This document shows, in pieces, positions 63,170 through 64,000 of a DNA stretch of 64,000 bases; position 1 is the first letter of the stretch, and each line of letters begins with the position of its first letter. Source of the DNA: Alphaproteobacteria bacterium (GTDB taxonomy: Bacteria; Pseudomonadota; Alphaproteobacteria; UBA828). Below the pieces are notes generated by a model. It was not told where the DNA came from, did not search any database, and saw only the letters and a program-made list of their open reading frames with translations. Location of the stretch: the NCBI GenBank assembly GCA_965214705.1, contig OZ243972.1, positions 1,664,001-1,728,000 on the forward strand, in the 5' to 3' direction. Both the position numbers and the translations under genes were made by a program.

Positions 63170-64000
63170 TTGAGCGAAGCGCAGACAACCAAGGGGCAGG
63201 CATTCAAGGACCTGCATCTGGCCGACGGCATATTCGTGATGCCGAACGCATGGAACGCCGGTAGCGCCTACATGCTGGAGGCAGCGGGTTTCCCCGCCGT
63301 CGGTACCAGCAGCGCGGGGATCGCATTCTGCCTCGGTCTCCCCGACTACGAAGGCGTGCTCACCCGGCAAGCCGCGCTGGAGGAGACCGAACGGATTGCA
63401 GGTGCGCTCCGGATACCCGTCAGCATGGATGCGGAGAACGGCTACGGACATTCGCCGGAAGAGGTGGCCGAGACCATCCGCCTGGCGGCCGAGACCGGCG
63501 CGGTGGCGGCCAGCATCGAAGACTATGCCGCCGCTTACGGCACGGGCGATCTCTATGATCGGACGCTATCGGTGGAGAGGATCGAGGCTGCGGCGAGCGC
63601 CGCCGCGTCCCTGCCGTTTCCGTTCACGCTGACCGCGAGAGCCGAGTGCTACCTCATGGGGCATCCAAACCCGTTCGAGGAGTCGGTGACGAGGGTCAAC
63701 CTGTATCGGGAAGCGGGGGCGGACTGCCTCTACGTCCCCGGCGTCAAGGACCCCGAGACCATCGGTCGGCTGGTGAGGGAGGTCGACGGGCCGGTCAACG
63801 TGGTTATGGGCCTTGCCGGCAGTCCGATGAGCGTGAGCCAGCTTGAGGACCTGGGCGTGAAGCGGGTGAGCATCGGCGGCTCGCTGGCTCGGGCCACGTT
63901 CGGCGTCATACGTCGGGCGGCGGAGGAAATGCGTGACCGCGGCACCTTTACCTATTCCGAAGGGCAGGTACCCAACGGCGAGCTTTGCCGATTCTTCGAC
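63170..64000 (+). CDS. Isocitrate lyase/PEP mutase family protein (truncated by window end)
   Basis: TTG start after AGGAG; FKDLH...MPNAWNAGSA...GTSSAG...DAENGYG; absent from the ORF track because no stop lies in the window. Confidence 0.85.
   Translation, partial: MSEAQTTKGQAFKDLHLADGIFVMPNAWNAGSAYMLEAAGFPAVGTSSAGIAFCLGLPDYEGVLTRQAALEETERIAGALRIPVSMDAENGYGHSPEEVAETIRLAAETGAVAASIEDYAAAYGTGDLYDRTLSVERIEAAASAAASLPFPFTLTARAECYLMGHPNPFEESVTRVNLYREAGADCLYVPGVKDPETIGRLVREVDGPVNVVMGLAGSPMSVSQLEDLGVKRVSIGGSLARATFGVIRRAAEEMRDRGTFTYSEGQVPNGELCRFFD

Overview
GC-rich, alphaproteobacterial-looking window (taxon inferred from gene content) mixing core respiration and catabolism with heavily scarred mobile DNA. 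1-24.1 kb is bracketed by two inverted copies of an IS91-type element (tyrosine recombinase + Y2 transposase). Inside are candidate defence genes (HEPN proteins and a translationally coupled PD-(D/E)XK-like nuclease), decayed IS1380, relaxase, RpoD and DksA fragments, and an FNR-box-bearing microaerobic module (napEFDABC, usp, ccoNOQPGHIS). The 42-bp terminal palindrome of the IS91-type element has its loop in opposite orientation (flip/flop) in the two copies. 30.3-35.5 kb is a nested structure: an ISKra4/ISLre2-like IS (8-bp TSD) sits in the RT gene of group II intron A. Intron A has a candidate EBS1 complementary to the conserved domain III sequence of group II introns and abuts the 3' half of a second intron (B), which lies antisense in the end of a low-GC histidine kinase gene next to tandem integrases. 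The rest holds a hydantoinase-carbamoylase-racemase operon, a PIN TA pair, a DddK/DddW-like cupin, sdhCDAB-mdh, a frameshifted HEPN gene, a PuuE-like deacetylase, sat and other catabolic genes. All product calls come from motif recognition by eye; no searches were run.
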